Shown here: in pieces, positions 1 through 9,241 of the stretch
Position numbering within the stretch: position 1 is the stretch's first letter
Layout: each line of letters begins with the position of its first letter
DNA from: a phage
Sequence record: NC_105436.1
Reading direction: 5' to 3' (one strand)
DNA: 51,253 bases
Translations under genes and position numbers: made by a program
Notes under the pieces: model-generated
The model's input: the letters and a program-made list of their open reading frames with translations, nothing else
What the model was told of the DNA's origin: nothing
The model's database searches: none

Positions 1-1
1 A

Positions 2-727
2 ATGGCTAAAGATATTTTAGATAAAGACACCCATGACGCATTCGTTAGCTTTGAGCAGTTGGAGAGAGAAACGTTTATAGGGAATGCCCTTGCAACTGGA
101 GGCCATTACCAGGCAGTAAAGCCAAATCAATATTATAAGGTAAGCGGCAACAGATACGCTGGAAGCACCACGCCGGACGTTGTGCGCGATATGTGGAGCA
201 CGCCTCAAGAGATCGTGGAGTGGATGGAATCAGAATTTGGTGAATACGATCTCGACGCGGCAGCAAGCCAGGAAAACGCAGTTTGCGAGAAGTTCTATAG
301 CAAGGAAACAAACTGCTTAAAGCGTTGGTGGGGTAGCAACAAGCACGTATGGCTTAACCCGCCGTACAGCAACCCAACTCCATTTATCAAGAAAGCAATT
401 GAGCAAATGGAGCACAACAACCAAATTGATGTTTTGTTGCCAGCCGACAACTCTACAGCATGGTTTTATGAGGCGCAGAAAAACGCGGCTGAAATCATCT
501 GGATCACTGGCGAGGTTTACGAAGAGGGTGGAGTAGAATACTCCCGCACCGGAAGAATCGCCTTTGTGTCTGGATTGACTGGCGAGCCTGTACAGGGCAA
601 CAACAAGGGGAGCGTGATTTTTGTCATGCGAAAACTTAAAGAAGGCGAGGAGCAGAAAACGCGATACGTTAAGATCAGCGATATTTGCCCTTCTGTAACC
701 GAACGCCGCGCGCGCAAACGGAGCTAA
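2..727 (+). CDS. DNA N6-adenine methyltransferase (phage Dam-like)
   Basis: 241-aa ORF with NPPY motif (motif IV of N6-adenine MTases); RBS and box promoter appear to be supplied by the window end if the genome is circular. Confidence 0.75.
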   Translation: MAKDILDKDTHDAFVSFEQLERETFIGNALATGGHYQAVKPNQYYKVSGNRYAGSTTPDVVRDMWSTPQEIVEWMESEFGEYDLDAAASQENAVCEKFYSKETNCLKRWWGSNKHVWLNPPYSNPTPFIKKAIEQMEHNNQIDVLLPADNSTAWFYEAQKNAAEIIWITGEVYEEGGVEYSRTGRIAFVSGLTGEPVQGNNKGSVIFVMRKLKEGEEQKTRYVKISDICPSVTERRARKRS

Positions 728-731
728 CACG

Positions 732-989
732 ATGAAAAAAGAGAGAAGCGTTTATTTAAATGAAACTGGCGAATGGTTGTTATTTCGCGCTATGGTGTGC
801 GATGCACTTGATAAAAATCCTAACGTGAAAAAGATGATTGATTGCGATCCGTGGGAATTTTCAAGCGCATTAGATATGAGCTTTGAGGAGACAAGAAAAC
901 TCCCGCTTGAAAAATGGCACGAACAAATCAGAAATGACATGCAAGAGTTTGTTGATTCGTGGAATTTTCAGCACGGAATGATCCACTAA
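732..989 (+). CDS. hypothetical protein
   Basis: 85-aa ORF starting 4 nt after the Dam stop; no recognisable motif. Confidence 0.5.
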   Translation: MKKERSVYLNETGEWLLFRAMVCDALDKNPNVKKMIDCDPWEFSSALDMSFEETRKLPLEKWHEQIRNDMQEFVDSWNFQHGMIH

Positions 990-1032
990 TATCATTTTTT
1001 GTTAAAACGCCCGGCATTTTGTCGGGCATAAT
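988..1032 (+). promoter_or_regulatory. box cassette: 21-bp box + hairpin spacer + -10-like CATAAT
   Basis: ATCATTTTTTGTTAAAAC then inverted repeat GCCCGGC...GTCGGGC, then CATAAT 22 nt after TTGTTA. Confidence 0.55.
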
Positions 1033-1058
1033 TATTTCATAGAAACGAACGTGAGGAA

Positions 1059-1244
1059 ATGAAAATGGTAGTATATAGCAAGAAAGCATTTGACCAGGCG
1101 CAACAAACCGCACGCGAGGCGGTAAAAGGTGGAACGAAAAACAATATGCAGCTTGATTGGGGCGCTGCAATGATTCTACTTCGCGTTGCATATGGTCACT
1201 ACCCATTAGAATTTGCGGAGGCATATTATAAGCATGAAGGTTGA
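1059..1244 (+). CDS. hypothetical protein
   Basis: 61-aa ORF preceded by box cassette and conserved leader; alternative ATG at 1065 has better RBS spacing. Confidence 0.5.
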   Translation: MKMVVYSKKAFDQAQQTAREAVKGGTKNNMQLDWGAAMILLRVAYGHYPLEFAEAYYKHEG

Positions 1245-1476
1245 GCAAGGTAGAGATGCGGTATGGAATCACGCTAAAGAATGCGGAATAGCCGACGATA
1301 TAAAGAAGATCGCGCAATACTTTGATATTGCAGATGTGAGCATAATTAGCGGCGATAAGATGACTTTCCTCAAGGAAAGGCCGCGAAAAATGGTAAGAGT
1401 TCCAGCAGTTCCAACAAAAATTGATTTCAAAGAGGCAATGGCTAAAATCCGAGAGCCTCGCAAATATTATAAATGA
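1234..1476 (+). CDS. hypothetical protein
   Basis: ORF starting at internal ATG 1234, overlapping the upstream stop by 11 nt. Confidence 0.45.
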   Translation: MKVEQGRDAVWNHAKECGIADDIKKIAQYFDIADVSIISGDKMTFLKERPRKMVRVPAVPTKIDFKEAMAKIREPRKYYK

Positions 1477-1570
1477 GGATAGTTATCATGTGGCGCTTGT
1501 TTGTTCTACCGTTACCAGTTATCATCGCTGTTACAGTTATGTACCATATAGTAATGAGATAGGTATCAGA

Positions 1571-2686
1571 ATGAAAAATGTAAAAATTACAGATGAGCAA
1601 TTCAAGATCGAACGGGCGGCAGGTAAGACATATAAACAGATCGCTCAAGAGTACGGAATGAATGTGAGAAGCGTCGAGCGTCGCGCGGCGCGCCTTGCAA
1701 AACAAGGACAGCTATCAACCATCGGAGCGCCTGGTTTTGGTGTTCATGGTGAGTCAGTAATGACTGACAAAGAAGGAAATATAATCCTCAAGTGGACCAA
1801 AACCAGCAAGGATAAAGAGCAATTAGAGGCATTGATGCGCGCAGCAATGGAGGCGTTTAGCGAGGAAGTGCCGCGATTAGATCCAGTTCCATTGCAGGAG
1901 CGTAATTATAATGAAACGCTTTCATTGTATCCGATCTTTGACATGCACTTAGGCGCTATGGCCCATAAGCACGAATGCGGCGAAAATTGGGATACTGCGA
2001 CGGCAGAGCGCGTTATGAATAACTTTATCGACTATGCTTTGATGTGCGCGCCGGACAGCGAAAAGGCTGTTATCCTGATTGGTGGAGATATGCTGCATAG
2101 CGACGGCCTGGAGGCGGTGACACCTGCAAGCGGTCACGTACTTGATCAAGATAGCCGATATGCAAAATTGGTTTACGTTGCAATACGTGCAATGCGCCGC
2201 GCAATTAATAAAATGCTGTTAAAGCATAAACATGTTGAGGTCCAGATCGTAGAGGGGAATCACGACCAATCAGGAATGATTTGGCTACGCGCAGCAATGG
2301 CGGCAGCATATGAGAACGATCCGCGCGTTTACGTTGATGTTTCTCCTCGCGTTGTTCACCACACGCAATACGGAAAAACTTTCCTTGCGTACCATCACGG
2401 GCACACAGTGCGTAAACCTGAGACTTTGCTAATGATGTGCGCGTCAGATTGGCGGGAGGACTTCGGAAACTCAAAAACGATGTATGCGCACGTAGGGCAC
2501 TGGCATCACCAGACTGTGACGGAAACGTCGCTTGGCATCGTGGAGGTGCATAGCACCCTGGCGGCAAAAGACGCATACGCCGCGCGCGGTGGCTGGAGAT
2601 CTCGACGCCGTGCAGCGGTTATCATTTACGACAAAGAGCATGGAGAAGTTGGGCGATTTGTTCACTATCCAGAAATGATGAATTGA
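1571..2686 (+). CDS. HTH domain fused to calcineurin-like metallophosphoesterase
   Basis: Start taken at ATG 1571 (MKNVKITDEQ); N-terminal helix-turn-helix-like segment (KTYKQIAQEYGMNVRSVERRAARLAKQ); phosphoesterase motifs D-x-H (FDMHLG), GDxxD (GGDMLHSDG), GNHD (EGNHDQ), and His clusters HHGH and GHWHH. Confidence 0.65.
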   Translation: MKNVKITDEQFKIERAAGKTYKQIAQEYGMNVRSVERRAARLAKQGQLSTIGAPGFGVHGESVMTDKEGNIILKWTKTSKDKEQLEALMRAAMEAFSEEVPRLDPVPLQERNYNETLSLYPIFDMHLGAMAHKHECGENWDTATAERVMNNFIDYALMCAPDSEKAVILIGGDMLHSDGLEAVTPASGHVLDQDSRYAKLVYVAIRAMRRAINKMLLKHKHVEVQIVEGNHDQSGMIWLRAAMAAAYENDPRVYVDVSPRVVHHTQYGKTFLAYHHGHTVRKPETLLMMCASDWREDFGNSKTMYAHVGHWHHQTVTETSLGIVEVHSTLAAKDAYAARGGWRSRRRAAVIIYDKEHGEVGRFVHYPEMMN

Positions 2687-2733
2687 TGAATTTTTATTTA
2701 AATCAATGACAAATTAAATCAAAAACTTGCAAA

Positions 2734-2761
2734 GGGGCGGCGTTTGTCGCCTCTTTTTTTT
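2734..2761 (+). terminator. rho-independent terminator candidate
   Basis: GC-rich stem GGGGCGGC/GTCGCCTC followed by T8. Confidence 0.55.
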
Positions 2762-2833
2762 GTTTAAATTTTTATCATGTGCGTTTATTATGCGGTTAAT
2801 ATATTGACTTTTAATTAATATGGAGCATTAAAA

Positions 2834-3049
2834 ATGAAAGATTTTATTAACGCAGCTACCGCCGGATCTGGCGGTTCATCTATCGCAAGCGCCGCTACAG
2901 GTCAGTTAACCATTGCTATTGCCAGCTTTGTTTTAATGGCTGCATTCGGTGCGTGGGGCGCTTACCTTCGCTGGCGTGATAGTAAAAAATTCCACGAGGC
3001 GATAGAAAAAGGTGATATTCAAAAAGCTATTGAGATCAGGGGCAAGTAA
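2834..3049 (+). CDS. holin
   Basis: 71-aa protein with hydrophobic transmembrane segment and charged C-terminus, immediately upstream of the endolysin with TAATG overlap. Confidence 0.7.
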   Translation: MKDFINAATAGSGGSSIASAATGQLTIAIASFVLMAAFGAWGAYLRWRDSKKFHEAIEKGDIQKAIEIRGK

Positions 3050-3540
3050 TGAGCATAAAGAACAGGGTAGCGGCTGCGGCATTTGGCGTTGCGGTTGCCT
3101 TGACTTCTCCACTTCTTGAAGAGATCGAAGGGGTAAGATACAAGCCATACAAAGATATTGCTGGAGTATGGACGGTTTGCGCAGGAATCACCGGACCAGA
3201 TGTTATCCTGGGGAAAACGTACACTAAAAAAGAGTGTGATGCTTTGTTGGCTAAACATATCCAGGTTGCTAAAAAAGAAGTTGACAAGCAGGTTAAGGTT
3301 GACATTCCTGATAGTATGCGTGCAGCAATGTACTCATTCACTTATAATGCAGGTGTGGGAGCTTTCAGAAATTCAACAATGCTGAAACTCATCAACCAGG
3401 GGAAATTAAACGAGGCTTGCGATCAGCTTTATCGTTGGACGTATTACCATAACCCCAAAACAGGAAAGCGCGAGAAGTCTAAAGGCTTACTTAACAGGCG
3501 CAAGGTCGAATACAAATATTGCACGATGGATCTGAAATGA
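3049..3540 (+). CDS. SAR endolysin (T4-lysozyme/GH24 family)
   Basis: N-terminal signal-anchor-release-like hydrophobic segment; E-x8-D-x5-T catalytic triad ([19 protein letters not shown]). Confidence 0.8.
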   Translation: MSIKNRVAAAAFGVAVALTSPLLEEIEGVRYKPYKDIAGVWTVCAGITGPDVILGKTYTKKECDALLAKHIQVAKKEVDKQVKVDIPDSMRAAMYSFTYNAGVGAFRNSTMLKLINQGKLNEACDQLYRWTYYHNPKTGKREKSKGLLNRRKVEYKYCTMDLK

Positions 3541-3932
3541 TGAAGAAATTTTTACTTACACCAATCGCAATGGCGGTGATCTTGTCTGGATGTTCAACCG
3601 TTACGCCACTGACCGGATTAATCGGCAGTAAGCCGGAAATCACAGCACAGGCTGGCGCGGAGAACGTGAAGCAGACAGTTGGCATTACAGCAAAGCAGGA
3701 CGCCAGCACAAAACAGGAAACCACAATAAAGGAATCTGCGGTTGACAAGGTGGACACGTCCAGCAAGAAGGATTTCACAACATCAACCATTCAGGCCAAT
3801 ACCATCAAGGCAGACAAAATTCAGGTCGTGCAGGGTAATAACGGCAGATGGTACGATCCGGTAATCATATGCGTGGTTGTGTTAATTGTGCTGATTTGTC
3901 TTTACTGGAGAGAAAAGAAAAAGGAGGCTTAA
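3537..3932 (+). CDS. unimolecular spanin (outer-membrane lipoprotein with C-terminal TMD)
   Basis: Lipobox LSGC after signal peptide plus C-terminal transmembrane helix ([16 protein letters not shown]); ATGA overlap with the endolysin stop; matches the T1-type u-spanin architecture. Confidence 0.7.
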   Translation: MMKKFLLTPIAMAVILSGCSTVTPLTGLIGSKPEITAQAGAENVKQTVGITAKQDASTKQETTIKESAVDKVDTSSKKDFTTSTIQANTIKADKIQVVQGNNGRWYDPVIICVVVLIVLICLYWREKKKEA

Positions 3933-3946
3933 TGCCTCCTTTATTT

Positions 3947-4171
3947 TTATGCGTCGGGCCACATATGAGTTTCGTTTGTTGGCTTGTTCGATTCGTCGTA
4001 CTGCCTTACTTCAATGCTGCAAGTGTCGCCATACATTTCTGCAATCTTGCGCTCATTTTCAACAGCCGATTGCTCACTCCATCCAAAATCCCTGTCATAA
4101 ATTGTCGGGATTTCAGCAGAAGATCCGTTGTCATGATTATATACGCGAACTACTAAAAACTTGCTGGACAT
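3947..4171 (-). CDS. hypothetical protein
   Basis: 74-aa ORF with box cassette and conserved leader upstream on the minus strand. Confidence 0.5.
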   Translation of the reverse strand: MSSKFLVVRVYNHDNGSSAEIPTIYDRDFGWSEQSAVENERKIAEMYGDTCSIEVRQYDESNKPTNETHMWPDA

Positions 4172-4205
4172 AATTTTACCTTTTGGTTGTTTCGTTTCGA
4201 TGAAA

Positions 4206-4253
4206 CAAATATACCCGACACTAGGCCGGGCGTTTTAACAAAAAATGCTATTC
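4206..4253 (-). promoter_or_regulatory. box cassette (minus strand)
   Basis: Minus strand reads ATAGCATTTTTTGTTAAAAC + hairpin + TATATT at 22-nt spacing, then conserved leader. Confidence 0.55.
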
Positions 4254-4442
4254 CATACGCTTTACCGTAACCAGTAATACACCATCATCATTGCATAAAA
4301 CATGTTCAGTGGTGCTAAAAGCGCGCATATCTGAATAAAGTAGCGTAAGTAAAGCATGAATAAAATCCTCATGTGATATTGAATTTACGGCGCAGTGCTT
4401 CAAGATCTTGTCTATTAGCTTTTGCCTGGAACAATTCATCAT
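4248..4442 (-). CDS. hypothetical small protein (uncertain start)
   Basis: ORF whose TAG stop is embedded in the box at 4232-4253, as for other genes; overlaps upstream gene, so start uncertain. Confidence 0.25.
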   Translation of the reverse strand: MMNCSRQKLIDKILKHCAVNSISHEDFIHALLTLLYSDMRAFSTTEHVLCNDDGVLLVTVKRME

Positions 4443-4764
4443 CGCCCATCTCCCCTATTCTAGCCATATCCCTGATCCAGTCGTTGCGCATACCATCCAG
4501 GCTATACAATTCGAATCCGAAAGGCCGCTTTGACGATCCTTTGGACCAGTATTTACCGCAGACCCCATCTATATAACCAGCCGTCATCATTCTTGCGCAA
4601 AATTCCTTAGATGCAAGGCTGGCGAACATTCGCGGCGTAAGTCCGGCGGCCCGTGCGAGCCGCTCGCATTCTCTATGCTGATAGATAAATTTGGCTATGT
4701 GCTGCCTGTTAAACCAGTCGTATGACTCACACCATTTATACAGATCAAGCAAAAACATAATCAT
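4369..4764 (-). CDS. hypothetical protein
   Basis: 131-aa ORF, ATGA overlap with the upstream ATPase gene stop. Confidence 0.5.
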   Translation of the reverse strand: MIMFLLDLYKWCESYDWFNRQHIAKFIYQHRECERLARAAGLTPRMFASLASKEFCARMMTAGYIDGVCGKYWSKGSSKRPFGFELYSLDGMRNDWIRDMARIGEMGDDELFQAKANRQDLEALRRKFNIT

Positions 4765-6341
4765 CCCAGCAGTATTGGATTGACAAAAATAACACCATTA
4801 ATCACACAAACATAATTTCTTTCTTCCAGCATTGGCAGCAAGTGCCCTTCTATCCTCTTCATTACGCCAGCTTGACCAACGAAAGGTTTTACCTTTCTCG
4901 CTGATTCGTACAGTGCGCGAATATTCAGAATCCCTTTATTAGCCTTGCCGTGTCTAGTGATCAATTCAATCAATTTACCCATTTCAGCATCATCACCAGC
5001 ATAACCAGAAGCATTGGCGGCGCTAATGTATGTTTTGCTCAATTCCTGAAACATGATCAGCGCCTCTTGCATTGTTTCCACGTCGATCTCTTTCGACTTC
5101 TGCGGGTATCCGGCAGGATTAAACCAGTTGCGGATAACATGCAGTACGGAAGCAAGCCTGATCACCTGTTTATCCATTTTACCCAGCGCACCGCGTAACA
5201 TTGTATGAGAATACTTTCCGCCGTCTGCAAGATGCGGTTCCATATCCTGGCGAGCAATGTTGAGCACTCGCATAGCTGAACGGCTTATTTTCAGCGATAC
5301 ATTTGATTCGCTCATGATGTTATGCACCAACTGATAATATTGGGCCTTCAATTCAGAATCCACCGCCTCATAGGTAGAATCACCATTTTCATCAATGAAT
5401 GAGCGACGGCCTAAGAATGATTCCTCGCGGACCAACAAAAAGCGCTCACTCACACCGATACCGCGCGATCCAGCGTCCATGATTCCGCTTATCGTTTCAT
5501 CCTGGGCTATAACGCTCATACATCCAAGCGCGCGAAAACTCATGTTATTGTCAGCATTAGCACGGGCAATTGATACGTGACCATTATCCCACGCCTTAAG
5601 CACTAGCTCACTGTTAGTCTTCCTTTCGCTATTTGCATAGGTCAAGCCTAACAGGCTGTTAATACTTGTTGCTTCGTCAGATATTACGGCAAAGTTACCT
5701 TGCTTGTTGTTGATTTTCGCCAAGCCTTCTGGAGTTGTATCTGAAACAGGGAAAGTTATATCACACATCTTTTCCAGCTTCTCCTCCAGATCCTCTTTTT
5801 CCTGGTATAGAGATTCCATATCAGCGCCTGACCTTTCGCTTTTCATCTCCTTTGAAAGACCTGCCAACTTTGCCTGTATTTTCTTTCTTTCCTTGCGGCG
5901 TTGCTCGTTGATCTTCTCAACTTCCGCAATCATCGGAGCAATAGCCATGCTGTTGATCGCAGATTTACCAGTTGATGGCGGCTGGCTTGTAACGACGTAA
6001 AGCGCAGTCGGCTGATCTGTTCCGTGATAGTCAACCGTAAAGCGTCCAAGCATAGCGGCAGAAATGCAGCCGATAAAGTGCATGTAAGCCGATGATTCAG
6101 GGAATTGAACGGATCGCGCAATGCTGCGTGATAGCTTGCCGACAACATCAATATCATTACCAAGAGAAATTACGGGGTAGCGATCGTGACCGCTATTTAC
6201 ATCCTTCACGTCGCCCCAAAAGCTGGACGACTGGCGATAGCCGTTAGCCTGAATTGATACGCGAACTGGCGAAAGGTTCTGGCTTTCAGCCATAGCGATT
6301 ATTTGCTGTGGAGTTAATTTGTTCGTTTCTAATGAAAACAT
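4761..6341 (-). CDS. putative P-loop NTPase (replication-associated?)
   Basis: 526-aa ORF with Walker A-like PPSTGKS and Walker B-like FAVISDE; coiled-coil K/E-rich stretch; family assignment (DUF3987-like) is a guess from motif pattern. Confidence 0.4.
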   Translation of the reverse strand: MFSLETNKLTPQQIIAMAESQNLSPVRVSIQANGYRQSSSFWGDVKDVNSGHDRYPVISLGNDIDVVGKLSRSIARSVQFPESSAYMHFIGCISAAMLGRFTVDYHGTDQPTALYVVTSQPPSTGKSAINSMAIAPMIAEVEKINEQRRKERKKIQAKLAGLSKEMKSERSGADMESLYQEKEDLEEKLEKMCDITFPVSDTTPEGLAKINNKQGNFAVISDEATSINSLLGLTYANSERKTNSELVLKAWDNGHVSIARANADNNMSFRALGCMSVIAQDETISGIMDAGSRGIGVSERFLLVREESFLGRRSFIDENGDSTYEAVDSELKAQYYQLVHNIMSESNVSLKISRSAMRVLNIARQDMEPHLADGGKYSHTMLRGALGKMDKQVIRLASVLHVIRNWFNPAGYPQKSKEIDVETMQEALIMFQELSKTYISAANASGYAGDDAEMGKLIELITRHGKANKGILNIRALYESARKVKPFVGQAGVMKRIEGHLLPMLEERNYVCVINGVIFVNPILLG

Positions 6342-6371
6342 TCGTTAGCTTCTCCTTTGTGGGCCGTAAAT

Positions 6372-6416
6372 TTTAACGGCCCAATACTACCCCGTTTTGT
6401 CAAAAAGTGCTATTTG
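6372..6416 (-). promoter_or_regulatory. box cassette variant (TTGACA in place of TTGTTA)
   Basis: Minus strand AATAGCACTTTTTGACAAAAC, hairpin GGGCCGT/ACGGCCC with TAAAAT in the loop. Confidence 0.5.
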
Positions 6417-6631
6417 ATCCGCTCTATTGCAACCAGAAGTCGATCAGGCTGGCGGTCGCTGTAGCATTCTCCTGTAATCCCATCCTTAAACGTAAAGTAA
6501 AGCGCCTTATGATATGAAAAACCAATCAGCCAACCTACCGCCGTTTTTTTGATGGGCCTGACTATATCGCCAGGCTTGAAAGTCTTTGTGGTAGAATGCG
6601 TTACTTTGTAACGGTTTTCACTGTTTATCAC
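6410..6631 (-). CDS. hypothetical protein
   Basis: 73-aa ORF, overlapping stop/start with neighbour. Confidence 0.45.
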   Translation of the reverse strand: MINSENRYKVTHSTTKTFKPGDIVRPIKKTAVGWLIGFSYHKALYFTFKDGITGECYSDRQPDRLLVAIERIK

Positions 6632-7014
6632 AGATATTTGCCCTCAAACAGATAACAGCCGCCAGCAGAGAATCCGACCTCTTCACGGTACAGGTTCCAG
6701 CGGTCGCCGCACTCATCAAAAACATAACCCGCAACGCTTCCAAGCGGTCGCCCTTTCTCGATCTGGTATCGCTTGCCCTGCTTAAAGTGCTTTTTGCACG
6801 GCATGTTATGATCTACAAACGTGCAAAGAACGGTTTTTGTGTTAATGGCGCGGTAATCATCTCGGTTTGCTGGAAGCCAGCGGCTACCCTTAACAAGCGT
6901 CTTAACCTGGAACTCTTCCACCTCGATCACATCATCACTTCCTGCAATCTTCTGATAAACCGTTTTAAAACGGCCTTTCATCAATACGTTGGTTTCATTA
7001 CAGATAACATTCAT
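6628..7014 (-). CDS. hypothetical protein
   Basis: 128-aa ORF with box cassette, hairpin, CATAAT and RBS GGAG upstream. Confidence 0.5.
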   Translation of the reverse strand: MNVICNETNVLMKGRFKTVYQKIAGSDDVIEVEEFQVKTLVKGSRWLPANRDDYRAINTKTVLCTFVDHNMPCKKHFKQGKRYQIEKGRPLGSVAGYVFDECGDRWNLYREEVGFSAGGCYLFEGKYL

Positions 7015-7043
7015 GATCAGATCTCCTTTGTTTGTTCGATGTG

Positions 7044-7088
7044 ATTATGCCAGGTTTTTACACCTGGCTTTTAACAAAAAGTGCTATT
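7044..7088 (-). promoter_or_regulatory. box cassette (minus strand)
   Basis: Box + hairpin GCCAGG/CCTGGC + CATAAT at 22-nt spacing. Confidence 0.55.
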
Positions 7089-7794
7089 TTGAGTTTGACT
7101 CAAAGACGGCGCGAGCAAAGCCGCGCGGAGTGAGGGAGCGGATCATCTTTGTGCGCGATGACTTACCGCCAGTTTTGGCCCAGCCTGGATTATCTTTGTC
7201 TTCCTCTTTCGGCAGGATTAAAGCGCGCGGAGGAATAACAAAGCCGTTGCCAGTCCAGAGGCACGTTTTCTTAAAATAGCGATCCCGTGCCGGAATAATA
7301 TCAGGGAAGTCGGGATGTTTATCATCTTCCGGCAGATAGCCAGCGTAATCGCACGGATGGAACGTATAATCAGGCTTTCGCCATAACGTTGACAACTTGC
7401 CAACCGGATTTTCGATCATGTAAGGAACACCGAAATAATCAGCTATATCAGCCGCGATTCTGCAAGTGTCGGCGGCCTCATCCTGGAACGATGGATTCTC
7501 AAGGCGTTTTTTGGCCCAATGGCGAGATCCGCTATTTGCAAGGTCGGTGCACGGCGGAAATGCCATAATAAAGTCAGGAATGCCCCATTCCTCCCAGCGC
7601 GCGCGGTGGTAAAATCTTTCATCAATCCAGACGTTAACGTATTCGATATTCTCATGCTGTATGCGCACTGACTGGTAATCACCGTGATCGCCGCCGTCAG
7701 CATTAAAGCAAATGCACTTATAGCCATTATCAGCCCAATCTTTAACAGCTTTACCAGATCCATCAAATAGGGAGAATATTAAACCTTTATACAT
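7084..7794 (-). CDS. DNA cytosine-C5 methyltransferase-like protein (short)
   Basis: Start taken at ATG 7794 (MYKGLIFSLFDGSG); motif I-like FSLFDGSG, PC catalytic motif (FPPCTDLANSG), ENV-like motif (YMIENPVG); unusually short at about 237 aa. Confidence 0.5.
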   Translation of the reverse strand: MYKGLIFSLFDGSGKAVKDWADNGYKCICFNADGGDHGDYQSVRIQHENIEYVNVWIDERFYHRARWEEWGIPDFIMAFPPCTDLANSGSRHWAKKRLENPSFQDEAADTCRIAADIADYFGVPYMIENPVGKLSTLWRKPDYTFHPCDYAGYLPEDDKHPDFPDIIPARDRYFKKTCLWTGNGFVIPPRALILPKEEDKDNPGWAKTGGKSSRTKMIRSLTPRGFARAVFESNSK

Positions 7795-7804
7795 CGTAAT
7801 TACC

Positions 7805-8029
7805 TCAAAACGGAAAACAGCGCGCACAACCAGGATCGAAATCGCATCCACAATCATTAACAATCATAGTGGGATCTGCAAATATTGCGCTTGATTCAAG
7901 ATCCATATCCATATCACCTAAAGCCTCATCAAGAGTCTTAATTTTATATGCCACTTCAAGCGCCGCCTCTTTATTTAGTCCGGCATCTTCTGCCATTTGA
8001 AGGCGCTCAAAAAAACCGTCCTGACTCAT
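7805..8029 (-). CDS. hypothetical acidic protein
   Basis: 74-aa ORF, strongly acidic (D/E-rich) with a C-terminal Cys cluster. Confidence 0.45.
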   Translation of the reverse strand: MSQDGFFERLQMAEDAGLNKEAALEVAYKIKTLDEALGDMDMDLESSAIFADPTMIVNDCGCDFDPGCARCFPF

Positions 8030-8142
8030 CGCATAATCTCCTTAATAACAACCAAGATAATAGCCAGGCCAGCAGCAGTAACCAAAAAGCCAGCCGCGCC
8101 AATAATCGAATAAAAAAAGAAATCAATAGCTTTATCCATCAT
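8026..8142 (-). CDS. hypothetical small membrane peptide
   Basis: 38-codon ORF (MMDKAIDFFFYSIIGAAGFLVTAAGLAIILVVIKEIMR) with RBS GAGGTGA; below the ORF-track size cutoff. Confidence 0.3.
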   Translation of the reverse strand: MMDKAIDFFFYSIIGAAGFLVTAAGLAIILVVIKEIMR

Positions 8143-8184
8143 TTTTCACCTCATTTAAAAGGCGGCAAAACGCCGCCAGATTAA

Positions 8185-8412
8185 TTAAAGAGCGCGCCAA
8201 CTTTGAATATAGAAAGCGTTTTCTTCCAGTAATTCTTTTAACTGATCTTTATTGTATTTGCGCACCTTACCGCCTGGATGGATGCCAATAAGATAGCCTC
8301 CTTTGCCCTCGGTGATAGTGATTTGGCTAATTCCGCAAGACTTATCAAGTTTTACAGACACGCGGTGATGAGCGTCAATAGTTGCCATAATGTTTAAAAC
8401 TTTTGCTTTCAT
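8185..8412 (-). CDS. hypothetical protein
   Basis: 75-aa ORF. Confidence 0.45.
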   Translation of the reverse strand: MKAKVLNIMATIDAHHRVSVKLDKSCGISQITITEGKGGYLIGIHPGGKVRKYNKDQLKELLEENAFYIQSWRAL

Positions 8413-8520
8413 TTAAATATCCTCAATTGAAATATGAATGACGTGGCGCTCTTTTTCCGTCGCCGCCGTAATGGTCATTTGCAACCGCTACCATCCAGGC
8501 ATTTTTGAAAATAAATAGCC

Positions 8521-8733
8521 TCATTTCTTATTTTTCATCTTAAATTTATGGCCTGGAACACCAGCGCCAATATAGCCATCGTTGTATTCCATTAAATAAA
8601 GGTGAAGACCATTGTCTGAAATTACATGGGGATCTTCTTTGGGATTTCCCATTAGTGGATATTCTTTTCCGCGCGTAAATCTCCAAGCTGAGTTATAAGT
8701 TTCTACGCATTTAAGTTTTAATTGCTTTGCCAT
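8521..8733 (-). CDS. hypothetical protein
   Basis: 70-aa ORF. Confidence 0.45.
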   Translation of the reverse strand: MAKQLKLKCVETYNSAWRFTRGKEYPLMGNPKEDPHVISDNGLHLYLMEYNDGYIGAGVPGHKFKMKNKK

Positions 8734-9014
8734 TATGCGATCCCAGTTACGTTAAAACTTACAGCCCTTGTTGCGCTAAATACATAAGCATCAACAGCGC
8801 CGCCAAATACACGAATTTTACCCTGGCCGTACTGCGCATTCATATTTCGCCAAACCGTTCTATTAGAGCAGAATGCGCTACCAGTCTTAATAAGCGTATC
8901 CATCTCTTTTCTTAGATCGCGATAGTCCAGCCAGAATCTAAAGGCACGCTGTTTAATTCGCGCCGCCTTGATTTTTTCTCTTGCGCTATTGAAATCATTC
9001 TTTTCGTATGCCAT
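8733..9014 (-). CDS. hypothetical protein
   Basis: 93-aa ORF, start/stop overlap with neighbours. Confidence 0.45.
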   Translation of the reverse strand: MAYEKNDFNSAREKIKAARIKQRAFRFWLDYRDLRKEMDTLIKTGSAFCSNRTVWRNMNAQYGQGKIRVFGGAVDAYVFSATRAVSFNVTGIA

Positions 9015-9211
9015 TAAATGATCTCCATGTATGTTTCAAAGCCATTTAACTTGAACAGGCCGTTTTCACATTTGCGCACGTTCCAAGTTAGCCCTGAGTG
9101 GTACGCCTCCATATCATCAAGGTCAATGGTGATTTCAGCACCTTTCTTAAACAAACCTTTTTCGTGAGACTTGTCGCGCTTAACAACTTTAACATCAACC
9201 TGATTTTCCAT
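9014..9211 (-). CDS. hypothetical protein
   Basis: Start at ATG 9211 (MENQVDVK) directly after conserved leader GAGGATTTAAAG. Confidence 0.5.
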   Translation of the reverse strand: MENQVDVKVVKRDKSHEKGLFKKGAEITIDLDDMEAYHSGLTWNVRKCENGLFKLNGFETYMEII

Positions 9212-9241
9212 CTTTAAATCCTCGTTTGTTGTCGATGGGTG

